IMG/VR virus record: IMGVR_UViG_3300044297_000069
Span: 1 to 25,454 of that record
DNA from: a virus
Lineage: Duplodnaviria; Caudoviricetes
Strand: one strand, 5' to 3'
DNA: 25,454 nucleotides
Shown: positions 16,466 through 25,454 of the stretch, piece by piece
How positions within the stretch are numbered: position 1 is the first letter of the stretch
How the letters are laid out: the number at the start of each line of letters is the position of its first letter
The notes under the pieces: model-generated
Databases searched by the model: none
Told to the model about the DNA's origin: nothing
The model's input: the letters and a program-made list of their open reading frames with translations, nothing else
Program-made: the position numbers and the translations under genes

Positions 16466-17716
16466 TTAAAACGATCCGCCATCCAACATGGAAAATAAAG
16501 GAATACCTGCACTATCTACTTGCAGAACTTGACCTTCTGAACCAGCAGATGTTACACGAATTGAACCAGTAGTATTACCAAACAGAATTCCATTATTTGC
16601 AAACGAAGTTTTACCTGTACCACCATAAGGAACGGTAATTGTGTCAGCATTCCATGTACCAGAAATGATTGTTCCAAGACCTGTAATACCAGAATAATCA
16701 CCTGTTACTCTAGCAGAAGGCACAGTACCAACAGTCAAGAATGATGCATTTCCTGCATTTACATTGGCTGTATTTGCTTTATCATAGGCATTTGAAGCTA
16801 TAGTGCTTCCTGTATTTGCTCGAGTAAAGGCTGCTGTAGCATTAGCATCAACTAATGATGCATAATAATTTGCTGAATTTGCCTTATTGTATGCTGCCAC
16901 TAACCAATTAATTGTGTTTGTACCACCAAGAATTAGATTACTTGTTTTGATGGTAGCACGTAATGTGGCTAGTGTAAAACTTGCATCATTTGGATCAATA
17001 TCGTTCGCATCTGGTTCTTTATCATATCCTTGGAAAAGATAATATTCTTTAATAGTGGCATCACGGAAAAGTCCCGTATGCACATTTTGACCTGTCGTAT
17101 TGACATAATTAGCAACAAATCCTATATCAACAATATCTGATGTGTAGTTGTTAGCTGCAAGATATAATAATGGATCACTAATTGTGAGTGTTGATACATT
17201 AGCAAATATTGTATTACCAGTTAATGTAAGGTTACCAGTGATCGATAGGTCACCAGTAATTACGCCACCGGAAGATGATAACTTTGTATTAGAGTTAGCG
17301 TATGCTGAAATGGCAATAACTGTCGCAGTATTTGCTTGAGTATAAGCAGAAACAGCACGATCATTAGCCGTATTAGCAAACGTATAAGCAGAAACTGCAC
17401 GAACATTCGCAGTATTTGCTGCAATAAAAGCAGCAATAGTATTGGCATTCACAAGAGATGCATAATAATTGGCTGTATTGGCTTTATTATAAGCCGCCGA
17501 TAATATTGCAGAATTAGCGTTTGCATTGTTATATACAGCACCGAGAACATCGATATAATATTTACCACCAATAGCAATTACATCATCACCAGCAGGATTG
17601 CCAATAAAGAGTTTATCCGACAGATATGAATATGCGGGTTCAGCAGGAGATAACGATCCTGCTGGTGGTGCGGAAGTTATAGTTGATCGTTTAATTTGAA
17701 TTATAGTATTGGACAT
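16466..17716 (-). CDS. Tail fibre-like structural protein
   Basis: IQIKRS...P..L...E.AYS...KLFIG N-terminus; AY.KAN.AN helical repeats; DIGF...HTGLFRDA; GQVLQ; ends LDGGSF. Confidence 0.8.
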   Translation of the reverse strand: MSNTIIQIKRSTITSAPPAGSLSPAEPAYSYLSDKLFIGNPAGDDVIAIGGKYYIDVLGAVYNNANANSAILSAAYNKANTANYYASLVNANTIAAFIAANTANVRAVSAYTFANTANDRAVSAYTQANTATVIAISAYANSNTKLSSSGGVITGDLSITGNLTLTGNTIFANVSTLTISDPLLYLAANNYTSDIVDIGFVANYVNTTGQNVHTGLFRDATIKEYYLFQGYDKEPDANDIDPNDASFTLATLRATIKTSNLILGGTNTINWLVAAYNKANSANYYASLVDANATAAFTRANTGSTIASNAYDKANTANVNAGNASFLTVGTVPSARVTGDYSGITGLGTIISGTWNADTITVPYGGTGKTSFANNGILFGNTTGSIRVTSAGSEGQVLQVDSAGIPLFSMLDGGSF

Positions 17717-18424
17717 TTAGAAGATGCCTTTATCCGTTTGTTTTTTCTTACAATTATCAAAATGATATCTTTTCATATTGTTTTTTCTTCCAGCAACATC
17801 ACAATGAGGACATTTAATATTAGTATATTTTCTCTTTTTTCCTACATTAGCCATTTTTATATTGTTTTTATGTTCTTCTGTTAATTTTTTATTTTTTTGA
17901 GAAGATATTACTTTATTTCTATATTCTGGATTTTTCCATAAATTTCTAGATTTTTCACAATGGGCTTCTTTATTTTTATCATTTTCAAATTGATTTCTGT
18001 TGGCCGCTCTTAATTTTTCTTTCGTTTCATCCGACATCTTTTTATTTTTTGACCATTGACCCCAGTTTGGATTATTTTTATGTGAATTAGATATTTTTTC
18101 TCCAACTGTTAGTTTTTTATTTTCATCAGTTGACCAATGACCAAAATGATGATTGTGTAAGTTATAATATTTATGTCCTAATTCTGTATCTGATATCATA
18201 GATAACCATCTATATTCTTCTTCAAGTAACTCTTTTTTATTTGAATATATTCTTGATAAAATGCGTCTTTTGAAATCTTTTGGTCTTATTTTAAATCCTC
18301 TTTTCATCCACGTAGAACTGCAAATATAGCCATCATTTTCATTTCCCCAACGACAACCAATATAATATCTTTTATGTTTTTTATCATACCAAATATAGAC
18401 AAAACCATATTTATCTTGATTCAT
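17717..18424 (-). CDS. Free-standing GIY-YIG homing endonuclease (Seg-like) with NUMOD3-like repeats and C-terminal Zn-binding motif
   Basis: GFVY-x10-YIG, Y.CSS, F.R.IL, E...L, YYN; MSDETKEKLR and LTEEHKNNI motifs; CPHC...RYHFDNCK. Start at 18424 preferred because of the AAAGGAG RBS. Confidence 0.88.
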   Translation of the reverse strand: MNQDKYGFVYIWYDKKHKRYYIGCRWGNENDGYICSSTWMKRGFKIRPKDFKRRILSRIYSNKKELLEEEYRWLSMISDTELGHKYYNLHNHHFGHWSTDENKKLTVGEKISNSHKNNPNWGQWSKNKKMSDETKEKLRAANRNQFENDKNKEAHCEKSRNLWKNPEYRNKVISSQKNKKLTEEHKNNIKMANVGKKRKYTNIKCPHCDVAGRKNNMKRYHFDNCKKKQTDKGIF

Positions 18425-18453
18425 TTCAAACTCCTTTGATGTTATCTTAGGAG

Positions 18454-18461
18454 TATTTATA
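18454..18461 (-). promoter_or_regulatory. T4-type late promoter TATAAATA for the endonuclease
   Basis: Exact consensus 30 bp upstream of ATG 18424. Confidence 0.75.
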
Positions 18462-18473
18462 AAAACGTACATT

Positions 18474-18713
18474 TCAGAATGTTCCTCCGTTTACCACAGG
18501 TAGTTCTTTGATAACATACTTACCACTTCCTGCATCATAAACGAGAGTTTCATTATTATCTGGATTAGTAGCATCAACATCTAATAGACCAGCAAGATAA
18601 TTCGATGCTTGTGCTAAAGGAGTAATAGCCACAGTTCTTACTTCACGTCTTTTTTCTGTGCTTATTGCAACTCTATATTTACCTGCTGAATTTACTGTTG
18701 CTTTGATTGGCAT
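18474..18713 (-). CDS. Small virion-associated hypothetical protein
   Basis: L..L.DVD......ETLVYD...GKY motif, ends NGGTF, similar to fibre-associated modules. Confidence 0.7.
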   Translation of the reverse strand: MPIKATVNSAGKYRVAISTEKRREVRTVAITPLAQASNYLAGLLDVDATNPDNNETLVYDAGSGKYVIKELPVVNGGTF

Positions 18714-18739
18714 TGTTTTTCTTTTTGTTGCTTTTTCTA

Positions 18740-19078
18740 TTATTTAGACACTTGCGGTAATACAGTAATAATACCCTCTAATACCCTAGATATTGAATTT
18801 AAATTATCATTAACTTTTACATCAAATACATATCTTCCAGATTTAATGTTTGCCGTTTCACCTGCTGTCAGAGTCATTGTAATTTCACCATTCGCAGGAT
18901 TAGTAATTGTGCATGTTATATTAGCGGAAGCATTAACGGAATAATACGATCTTCTCATCTGACTTGTAATTGTATAGCCAGATGTATTGATTGCAGCATT
19001 TGTAACATCATCGGTTAGATTGATGATGTTATTAAATGAAGTTCCTTGATCTATATAAAGTTCTGCGAATCCTGCCAT
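18740..19078 (-). CDS. Virion structural protein, BppU-N-like beta-sandwich
   Basis: L.IDQG.SF, GYT..SQMR.SY.S, G.I...LTA..T..I..GRYV.DV, RVLEG...V.P.V motifs common in T4-like environmental phages. Confidence 0.7.
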   Translation of the reverse strand: MAGFAELYIDQGTSFNNIINLTDDVTNAAINTSGYTITSQMRRSYYSVNASANITCTITNPANGEITMTLTAGETANIKSGRYVFDVKVNDNLNSISRVLEGIITVLPQVSK

Positions 19079-19279
19079 TTACTTGATTAGACTCCTAAGA
19101 AGTTCTTTTATTTCGTTTATATCATTTTTCAAACTGGTCATTTCTTCTTGCATACTATCAAGTTTATGTTCACGAAGTTTTCTTTTCTTGTATGTTGCAA
19201 GGGCATCATTATCTTTATTGATGATAATGCCCTCACTTACTTTGTATAATCCTGGAATTTCAGTTTTTTGTTCCATCAT
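19079..19279 (-). CDS. Small coiled-coil hypothetical protein
   Basis: GIIIN.D....Y...K and LK.DI.EIK.LL..L pattern typical of the gene after DUF4815 proteins. Confidence 0.7.
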   Translation of the reverse strand: MMEQKTEIPGLYKVSEGIIINKDNDALATYKKRKLREHKLDSMQEEMTSLKNDINEIKELLRSLIK

Positions 19280-19285
19280 AATCTC

Positions 19286-22200
19286 TTAAATTTGAAGTGC
19301 TATAACTCTTAGATCCGCAACTCTTGGTACAATAGCTGAATCGTCTGATATTAATCCAACTTTCACTGCAAAATATTTATAACCAGTAAATGTAGCTGTA
19401 CCAGCAATATTTGTATATTGAACTTGACCCAAGCTTCCTGTTAGATTTGCAGAAGGAAATCCATATTGATATTCAATGAAATCATTTCTGTTAGAAAGCG
19501 AAGAATATACACTATCACCAGATAGTTTCTTTTCAAGTTCAATCCATGGTCTTTGTGCTATAGTGTCCGAATCTTCTGCATGAAGAATCTTTACCCACAC
19601 CTTAACATCTGAATTTGGAGGCCTATATGATGTCAAGAATATATTCATATCTTCTGCATCTTGACCCTCAGCAAGAGTGATAGTTTTTGAGATATATTTA
19701 TCAAATAACTCACCACCTGATGATAATGTTTCATTCAGAGTATTACTGTTAATTAGATTATCAACAATAATTGTCTGTGTTCTACCCAAATCAAGAACAG
19801 GAGATAGATAATTAGATGTCGTTGTCATAGATACTTGAACTTGGTTAGTTCTGTTATTCGACAACGATGTCACTTCATTTGATCTGGAGAATATTGCTTT
19901 CTCTTCCGAGAAGTAATAGTTTTCATTTGGAGTAAATGAAACATATGAACCGGGTGTTCCTGTGTTTGAATAAGATGACATACTAAATTGAATACTTGTC
20001 TTATTAAATTTTAGGTACGATGGCTCAAGATCAAACACTGAATATCTATAATTATTGATCTTAGTAATATCAGCATAAGTTTTTGTTACTGTGTCAAATA
20101 TTCTGTCGTTAGCCACAAACAGACCGTTTGAACCTACCATTTCTGCAATAGTTCCGGTAGAAGATTCGGTTACAGAAGACAACACGGCATTTGCAGTTGG
20201 TAGAATAGATGCAATTTTTGCAGTTATTCCTTTTGAAGTGCCATTCGCATATCTAACTGTTACTGGCTCTCCAGATGAATATCCAGTATTTGACATATTA
20301 TATGTTGCACCAATAGTAATAACTGCACTATTAACAGCAGAGTTAGAACCAATGATCAAGTCAGATACTGCAATTGTACCGCCAGAAATATTTGAAAGTG
20401 TTAGTTTATTTCCAGTGATCCATGAGTTTCCAAAATATGTCAATGAAGCTGATGTATTGCTCAATAAGAACTTTTCGATTGGCTTATTAGCAAGTGTTGC
20501 AACGCCAGTTACATTTGTCACAAATGACGCTCTATAAACATTTAATACAACATCAACATCAGGAACAATATCCCAAATTACACCATTATTTGTTGTGAAT
20601 GTTGTTCCCGCATAGAGTCTAGAATTAACTGGCTTCTTTGTGTTAATATCAGTTTCACCAATTCTCGATGCCCAGAAATAATAATTAGCATTCATTGCTT
20701 CTGGATGTATAGCTAATGCATACATTTTATTATTTTGTAGAAATACAGGAGCTTTAAATGTAACCTTCAATGGATTATCAATACCATTTGTTGAAATGGG
20801 AACTTCTGAATTTTTATACCAAACTTCTGAGAATGGTACTTGATTTCTCGTAATTTGTCCAGAAGCATCTGTTTCTAAAATTTCAAACCATACACCAAGT
20901 GTTGGATGTTTCTCAGAAACAAACAAATCGACAGAAGTTATAAATGCTCCTTCTTCACCCTCCGGAGCCTTGACCTTAAATGCATAGGCAAGACAGTTTC
21001 CGCCACTACCACCAGCATCACCACCACCAGTAGTGCTGCTACCACTATCGCCACCTAAATCGACTATTTGTGGAAGAACAAGATATTGCGACGGATCTGT
21101 TCTGTTTTGACTAATTGGTGATTGTTTATTTGTAACTTGTCTTGTTGCAAGAATAGTGTTTTGTTTAGTTTCGACAAGACCTTGAGCAACAAAATATCCT
21201 TCTGAGAATGATGTTGCATCGTCAGTATTTGTTGGACTGTCTGTGATTTTTATATTTTTTGTACCAACATAGAACTTCTTTTCTTGCGGAATACGAAGAA
21301 CCAACCAAAGATTACCATCTGCATTAGCTGTTAATATAGATCCTTCTGATGCTGCTGGTGATAGTGAAATTGTAGGACCACCTGCAACAAGTCTATCATA
21401 TTCAGATGATGTCAATGGTGTTGCATAATCACTCATATTCACATTATCGAAGAATGTATAGAATCTTGCATAAGGTTTTAGACCTTGTATTGCAATCTTA
21501 ATTGTCTGTGGTTTAATGTAATGTACAATGTTCACATCGACAACTTTATCACCCAATGAATGCGATTCTGTATTGGTTATAACGAAGTTTTCTGAACCAG
21601 TTCTAGAGCTTGCATATTGTGTTTCAATAGTTACTGTTGTTGTTGATTGAAGAGATTGTGCTACGGCTGTCGCTTCTGCTGCTGAGGAATATGCACCAAC
21701 AAGAGCACCTCCTCCATTATATACTTTATATCCTGTGATATAAGATTGCCAAGCATTCCATGTTTTTCCAGTTGATTGGATAGTTTGATTTTGACCAGAT
21801 GCTGGTAACGCACCACCACCAAAAACAACAGAATTATCGGGAAGTTGATTTACGTCCACGAATATGTCATCAGATGGTGTCAATGTCATTTTACCAACAT
21901 AACGATAAGTAATTCTTTCTGTATTTCTTGTAGTTGTGACATTCGGATTTGAAAGAAGTAGTGCTTCTGAATAGTTCAATGTAACAATATCACCAGTTTT
22001 CGTGACATTAGATCCAGAGGCAAAATCATATGTAATAGAATTCATATTATAAAGAGGTCTAATACTCTTTTCAAATGGATCAACAACGATTCTGTAATCA
22101 CTATTATATGTTGCGCCAAGAGAATGATCAGTAAATGTGTCTACGAAAATACCATTTTTAAATCTATCAATACCAGCAGTATCAAGAATTTTCATATCTA

Positions 22201-25195
22201 CTGCCGACTTTTCAAGAATAGATAGTGATGCGTAATATTCTAGATTGACAATTCTCTCTTTAAGGACACCAATATCTCTCATAGTAAATCTGATATTAGC
22301 CGCTTTTTTAGTAGCACAAGCTAAATCTTTTCTGTTCAATATATTTGCATAATATAATGATAATGACGGATATGGAGCAATTGTCATTACAGATATAGGC
22401 ATAAGATCGTCTGCGATTGATGGTGTGATAGGAACCGCAGCAGGAACACCTTTTGCAATACTAAATCTACCAATCTTGTCAAGATATAGAACATCTTTTC
22501 TAGCTAAGTAATATTGATAATCAAATGAAATCTGACTAAATGCTGCTGGTATACGCATACCATTAACATCATAGTTGAATCCAGAAGACGTTGCTGGATT
22601 TGTAGATGCACCAGTCACAGTTGTAGAATCTGTAGCGGTCTTTGCTTTTATTGGTCGAAAATCAAGATGATTCCTCAAATCATATTGCTGACCAGTTGTG
22701 GGTGATTTATATACCGGAACTTGAGCAGTTGTAATTGTTGTTGCTGACGTATTTGCATCATCAATTGGATATGAATCAATTGAGAAGAATCCTTGACCAA
22801 CAGTAAAATCTGGTTCAAAATAATCTAATCTGACCAACAGATAATTTGAAGCAGTGAGTGCTATCTTTGGTGTGATTGTTGCGAAATCATAAAATGTGTC
22901 TTTTTGACCATTATCTAATATGAAGGATGATGTAACATCAGTTCCTTGTGTATTACTTGTAAATGCGCCTGTATCAAGTCTGATTTCTTTGATTTGATAA
23001 ACATCAGGGAATCCAAGATTAAATGGACCAGAAGTGCCAGCAGATGCGCAATTAATAGAAACAAATCTATCAGGTTTCAATGTTTTGTTAATTTGTGATG
23101 CTGTTGTTTTGGCAACTTGATATGTTACAGTTGCAGCAACAGTTGTCGATAGAGTTTCTTTTATATCAAATGAAAGTTGTGTTGGTGTTGCTGAAACGGA
23201 CCTAGTAACACCAGTTGCACCTTGAACAGTCAAATCGATAATGTCGCCGTTCTTATATTGTTTCTTAAATGCGCCACCAGAAACTGTATTGGCTACAGCA
23301 GTTGTAAGTGTTAGATAAGAAGCATTAGCAATAGACTGGATATAATATACACCAGAAACACCAGTAATTGCTAACTTATCACCAACATTTAACTTAGTGA
23401 AGTCTGCACCACCAGCACCGATAAGCTGATTTGCAGCATTTGATACTGTACCTGTCAATGCTACGTTAGCATCGGAATTTAGCGTAATCATAATTTCACG
23501 TTTTTGAGATGAAGATAGTGTAGTTGTTCCGTAAGGGAATTCACTAGCACCAGCAGGAAGTGCTACGTTAAACGTGCCAGATGCTACGTTGCTGACTGCT
23601 GTTGATGTTTTATATGTGAATGTTGTATCCGAAATACCAGATGGTTTGATTGTCTTTGTGTAGTTTGAACCAGTATAATACAACATAGGATACAAAGCTG
23701 TATCCTTTAATACAGCATTATTTGATGAATTGAGAACGATGTCTGCACCCATATCAGCTGTTGATGCATTGTCGTGATAGATACTCTTGACATTACTGAA
23801 ATTGTTGCTGCCCAACATCTTAACATCTGTTAAGTAGATGTTATATGTCGCTGATGGTGTTCCCATTGTTCCGTTTTCATATTCAACAGAAACAAGTCTT
23901 GCAGTGCCAATCTTTTTACCTGTTTGTGCGCCTGTTGACCATGAACCAGATGTTAATCTTGTTTGTGCTGTGTCATACAGATCAAGTGCTGTTCCTTGGT
24001 CAAGTGCCCAAGAACCAGTAAATTCTTTAGCTGTTACATAAGAACCCATACCAGCAGATGCTAACTGAGCATTTACTGAAGAATAATTTAAAGACTTTTC
24101 TGTTGTCAGATAAGATGTTGATAGTTTAGATATTTCATATCCTTGTGCATAACCGACACCATCTGATATTTGAACAGATAGTAGACTTGAATTGCCACCA
24201 TTAGCGGATGTTAATAATCCACCATTTGTACCACTATCATTATGTTCTCTTAGAGATACATTGAAACCACGCACATAATAATGACCAGATTCATCATAAG
24301 TTCTCTTAGCCATTTCATCTTGTAGAATGTTGTATTGTGATCTGTCAAACGATGCTTCGAGAATGCCATTATTCATTATTAGTAATGGAACAAAATCTGG
24401 TGATGTTTCTGCATCATTTAATCCAACAACTTCTAGAGTTGCACTGATTTTGAATCTATCGGCACCTGGAGCAGAATAGTTTGATGATTCAAGTGCAGGA
24501 TCTAATAGTGAAGCATCATCAACATTTGTCACAATTGTTTCTGTAAGCATGAAACCAACTTTTGCTGTTGGTGTATCATTATATCTGTCAATGATAATTT
24601 GTTGTGTTGGGAAATAGATAAAATGTTCTTTAGCAAACAGAACGCCTTCTGAAATTCTGAATGAAGATGCTGTACCTGTCGGAGAAGTGTCTACAACAAC
24701 AAGTGTGCCAGCATTACTTGTTAATACTTCACCAGCTTGGAATGTCTTGATAGAAGAGTTTGAAGGCGATACTGATCTATAGTCAACATAGATTGTCTTG
24801 GTATTACCAGAAGCTTCTGTACCGTCCAGCACATAATTAATATCAGCTGTGATGCCTGATGTGGCACCAGTTATAGTTTCATCTTGGAACTCTGTTATGT
24901 TGACAAAATTGTTTGAATTGTCGTTATCTTTTACCTTGACGTAATATGTTGGACCTATCACAGAATTTTTGCTATGTAGCGCAAAATTGCCTGGAAGAAC
25001 GATGCTGCCTTCTTTAAAGATATGTTTACCAAATCTATCAATTTGTTTTTGTAAAAGTGTTTGTGATTGTGTTAGTTCTCTACCCTGAACTGCATATCCT
25101 GGTCTATACAGAATTTTGTAGAACTCTTTGACCTTATCATAGTCATCATAATATGGTGCTACATTGAAATCTGTTGTTAATGCAGTATTAGCCAT
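19286..25195 (-). CDS. Large baseplate-associated virion protein, DUF4815/VrlC-like
   Basis: FNVAPYYDDY...FY.IL.RPG.AVQ.RELTQ.Q, APGADR, A.RTYDESG.Y, RFTMRDIG.L..RI.NLEYY.SLS.LE, DRFKNG.FVD.F, C-terminal F.VK...VPRV.DLR.IAL; follows gp8. Confidence 0.88.
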   Translation of the reverse strand: MANTALTTDFNVAPYYDDYDKVKEFYKILYRPGYAVQGRELTQSQTLLQKQIDRFGKHIFKEGSIVLPGNFALHSKNSVIGPTYYVKVKDNDNSNNFVNITEFQDETITGATSGITADINYVLDGTEASGNTKTIYVDYRSVSPSNSSIKTFQAGEVLTSNAGTLVVVDTSPTGTASSFRISEGVLFAKEHFIYFPTQQIIIDRYNDTPTAKVGFMLTETIVTNVDDASLLDPALESSNYSAPGADRFKISATLEVVGLNDAETSPDFVPLLIMNNGILEASFDRSQYNILQDEMAKRTYDESGHYYVRGFNVSLREHNDSGTNGGLLTSANGGNSSLLSVQISDGVGYAQGYEISKLSTSYLTTEKSLNYSSVNAQLASAGMGSYVTAKEFTGSWALDQGTALDLYDTAQTRLTSGSWSTGAQTGKKIGTARLVSVEYENGTMGTPSATYNIYLTDVKMLGSNNFSNVKSIYHDNASTADMGADIVLNSSNNAVLKDTALYPMLYYTGSNYTKTIKPSGISDTTFTYKTSTAVSNVASGTFNVALPAGASEFPYGTTTLSSSQKREIMITLNSDANVALTGTVSNAANQLIGAGGADFTKLNVGDKLAITGVSGVYYIQSIANASYLTLTTAVANTVSGGAFKKQYKNGDIIDLTVQGATGVTRSVSATPTQLSFDIKETLSTTVAATVTYQVAKTTASQINKTLKPDRFVSINCASAGTSGPFNLGFPDVYQIKEIRLDTGAFTSNTQGTDVTSSFILDNGQKDTFYDFATITPKIALTASNYLLVRLDYFEPDFTVGQGFFSIDSYPIDDANTSATTITTAQVPVYKSPTTGQQYDLRNHLDFRPIKAKTATDSTTVTGASTNPATSSGFNYDVNGMRIPAAFSQISFDYQYYLARKDVLYLDKIGRFSIAKGVPAAVPITPSIADDLMPISVMTIAPYPSLSLYYANILNRKDLACATKKAANIRFTMRDIGVLKERIVNLEYYASLSILEKSAVDMKILDTAGIDRFKNGIFVDTFTDHSLGATYNSDYRIVVDPFEKSIRPLYNMNSITYDFASGSNVTKTGDIVTLNYSEALLLSNPNVTTTRNTERITYRYVGKMTLTPSDDIFVDVNQLPDNSVVFGGGALPASGQNQTIQSTGKTWNAWQSYITGYKVYNGGGALVGAYSSAAEATAVAQSLQSTTTVTIETQYASSRTGSENFVITNTESHSLGDKVVDVNIVHYIKPQTIKIAIQGLKPYARFYTFFDNVNMSDYATPLTSSEYDRLVAGGPTISLSPAASEGSILTANADGNLWLVLRIPQEKKFYVGTKNIKITDSPTNTDDATSFSEGYFVAQGLVETKQNTILATRQVTNKQSPISQNRTDPSQYLVLPQIVDLGGDSGSSTTGGGDAGGSGGNCLAYAFKVKAPEGEEGAFITSVDLFVSEKHPTLGVWFEILETDASGQITRNQVPFSEVWYKNSEVPISTNGIDNPLKVTFKAPVFLQNNKMYALAIHPEAMNANYYFWASRIGETDINTKKPVNSRLYAGTTFTTNNGVIWDIVPDVDVVLNVYRASFVTNVTGVATLANKPIEKFLLSNTSASLTYFGNSWITGNKLTLSNISGGTIAVSDLIIGSNSAVNSAVITIGATYNMSNTGYSSGEPVTVRYANGTSKGITAKIASILPTANAVLSSVTESSTGTIAEMVGSNGLFVANDRIFDTVTKTYADITKINNYRYSVFDLEPSYLKFNKTSIQFSMSSYSNTGTPGSYVSFTPNENYYFSEEKAIFSRSNEVTSLSNNRTNQVQVSMTTTSNYLSPVLDLGRTQTIIVDNLINSNTLNETLSSGGELFDKYISKTITLAEGQDAEDMNIFLTSYRPPNSDVKVWVKILHAEDSDTIAQRPWIELEKKLSGDSVYSSLSNRNDFIEYQYGFPSANLTGSLGQVQYTNIAGTATFTGYKYFAVKVGLISDDSAIVPRVADLRVIALQI

Positions 25196-25224
25196 CGTTA
25201 TTTCCCTTTAGAATGTCATTCATT

Positions 25225-25232
25225 TATTTATG
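25225..25232 (-). promoter_or_regulatory. Late promoter variant CATAAATA
   Basis: NATAAATA in the intergenic gap 30 bp upstream of the 25195 start; AAGGGA RBS follows. Confidence 0.65.
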
Positions 25233-25243
25233 AATTTATAAGC

Positions 25244-25454
25244 TTAGAATTTCATAACAATTTTAAAATCTTCAATTTGATCAGATGATCTAGATACAGG
25301 TTTGATATTATCAACATATATCAATTTGCCAGTATATTTGGATAAATCAGGTTCACTGACACTAGCAACGGATCTTGCGATAAAACTTGATTGTCCAACT
25401 AGAGATTGAGAGGCTGTTGGTGTTCCTTGAATGTCAATTAGTGTCACTTTTCCA
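25244..25454 (-). CDS. gp8: C-terminal end of baseplate wedge subunit, T4 gp8-like (partial)
   Basis: PDL.KYTG.LIY.DN..P.SRS.DQ.ED.KIV..F C-terminal motif; the gene begins beyond the window. Confidence 0.8.
   Translation of the reverse strand, partial: GKVTLIDIQGTPTASQSLVGQSSFIARSVASVSEPDLSKYTGKLIYVDNIKPVSRSSDQIEDFKIVMKF

Noticed and set aside
17717-18472. Group I intron around the endonuclease
   Set aside because: Flanking genes look complete and there is no non-coding space for a ribozyme core
20091-20537. Plus-strand 148 aa ORF and other plus-strand ORFs (3625, 7885, 8707, 9181, 10420, 10784, 14257, 14336, 15669, 15767, 16130, 16351, 17148, 17696, 19083, 23838)
   Set aside because: All are antisense to well-supported minus-strand genes and show no recognisable motifs

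Overview
A 25.5 kb AT-rich segment of a T4-like (cyanophage/environmental myovirus-type) phage genome. All credible genes lie on the minus strand in one late structural block. In transcription order: end of baseplate wedge gp8, a 1969 aa DUF4815/VrlC-like virion protein, small virion proteins, a free-standing GIY-YIG homing endonuclease, three tail fibre genes (one with a small accessory trio ending in a cupin), three paralogous 7-repeat beta-propeller-like genes, a glycosyltransferase-methyltransferase fusion, a fibre chaperone-like protein, a fourth fibre with an S74-type chaperone, then neck gp13, gp14, gp15, terminase small subunit gp16 and three small MKTFK-leader proteins. The most striking element is 3949-7484: the tail fibre is coupled to an 81 aa tail-tip-like protein ending in (Cys-X)7, followed by a radical SAM/SPASM enzyme and a 247 aa unknown protein. 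This looks like a RiPP-style maturation system acting on a virion part. All family assignments come from motif recognition; no searches were run.
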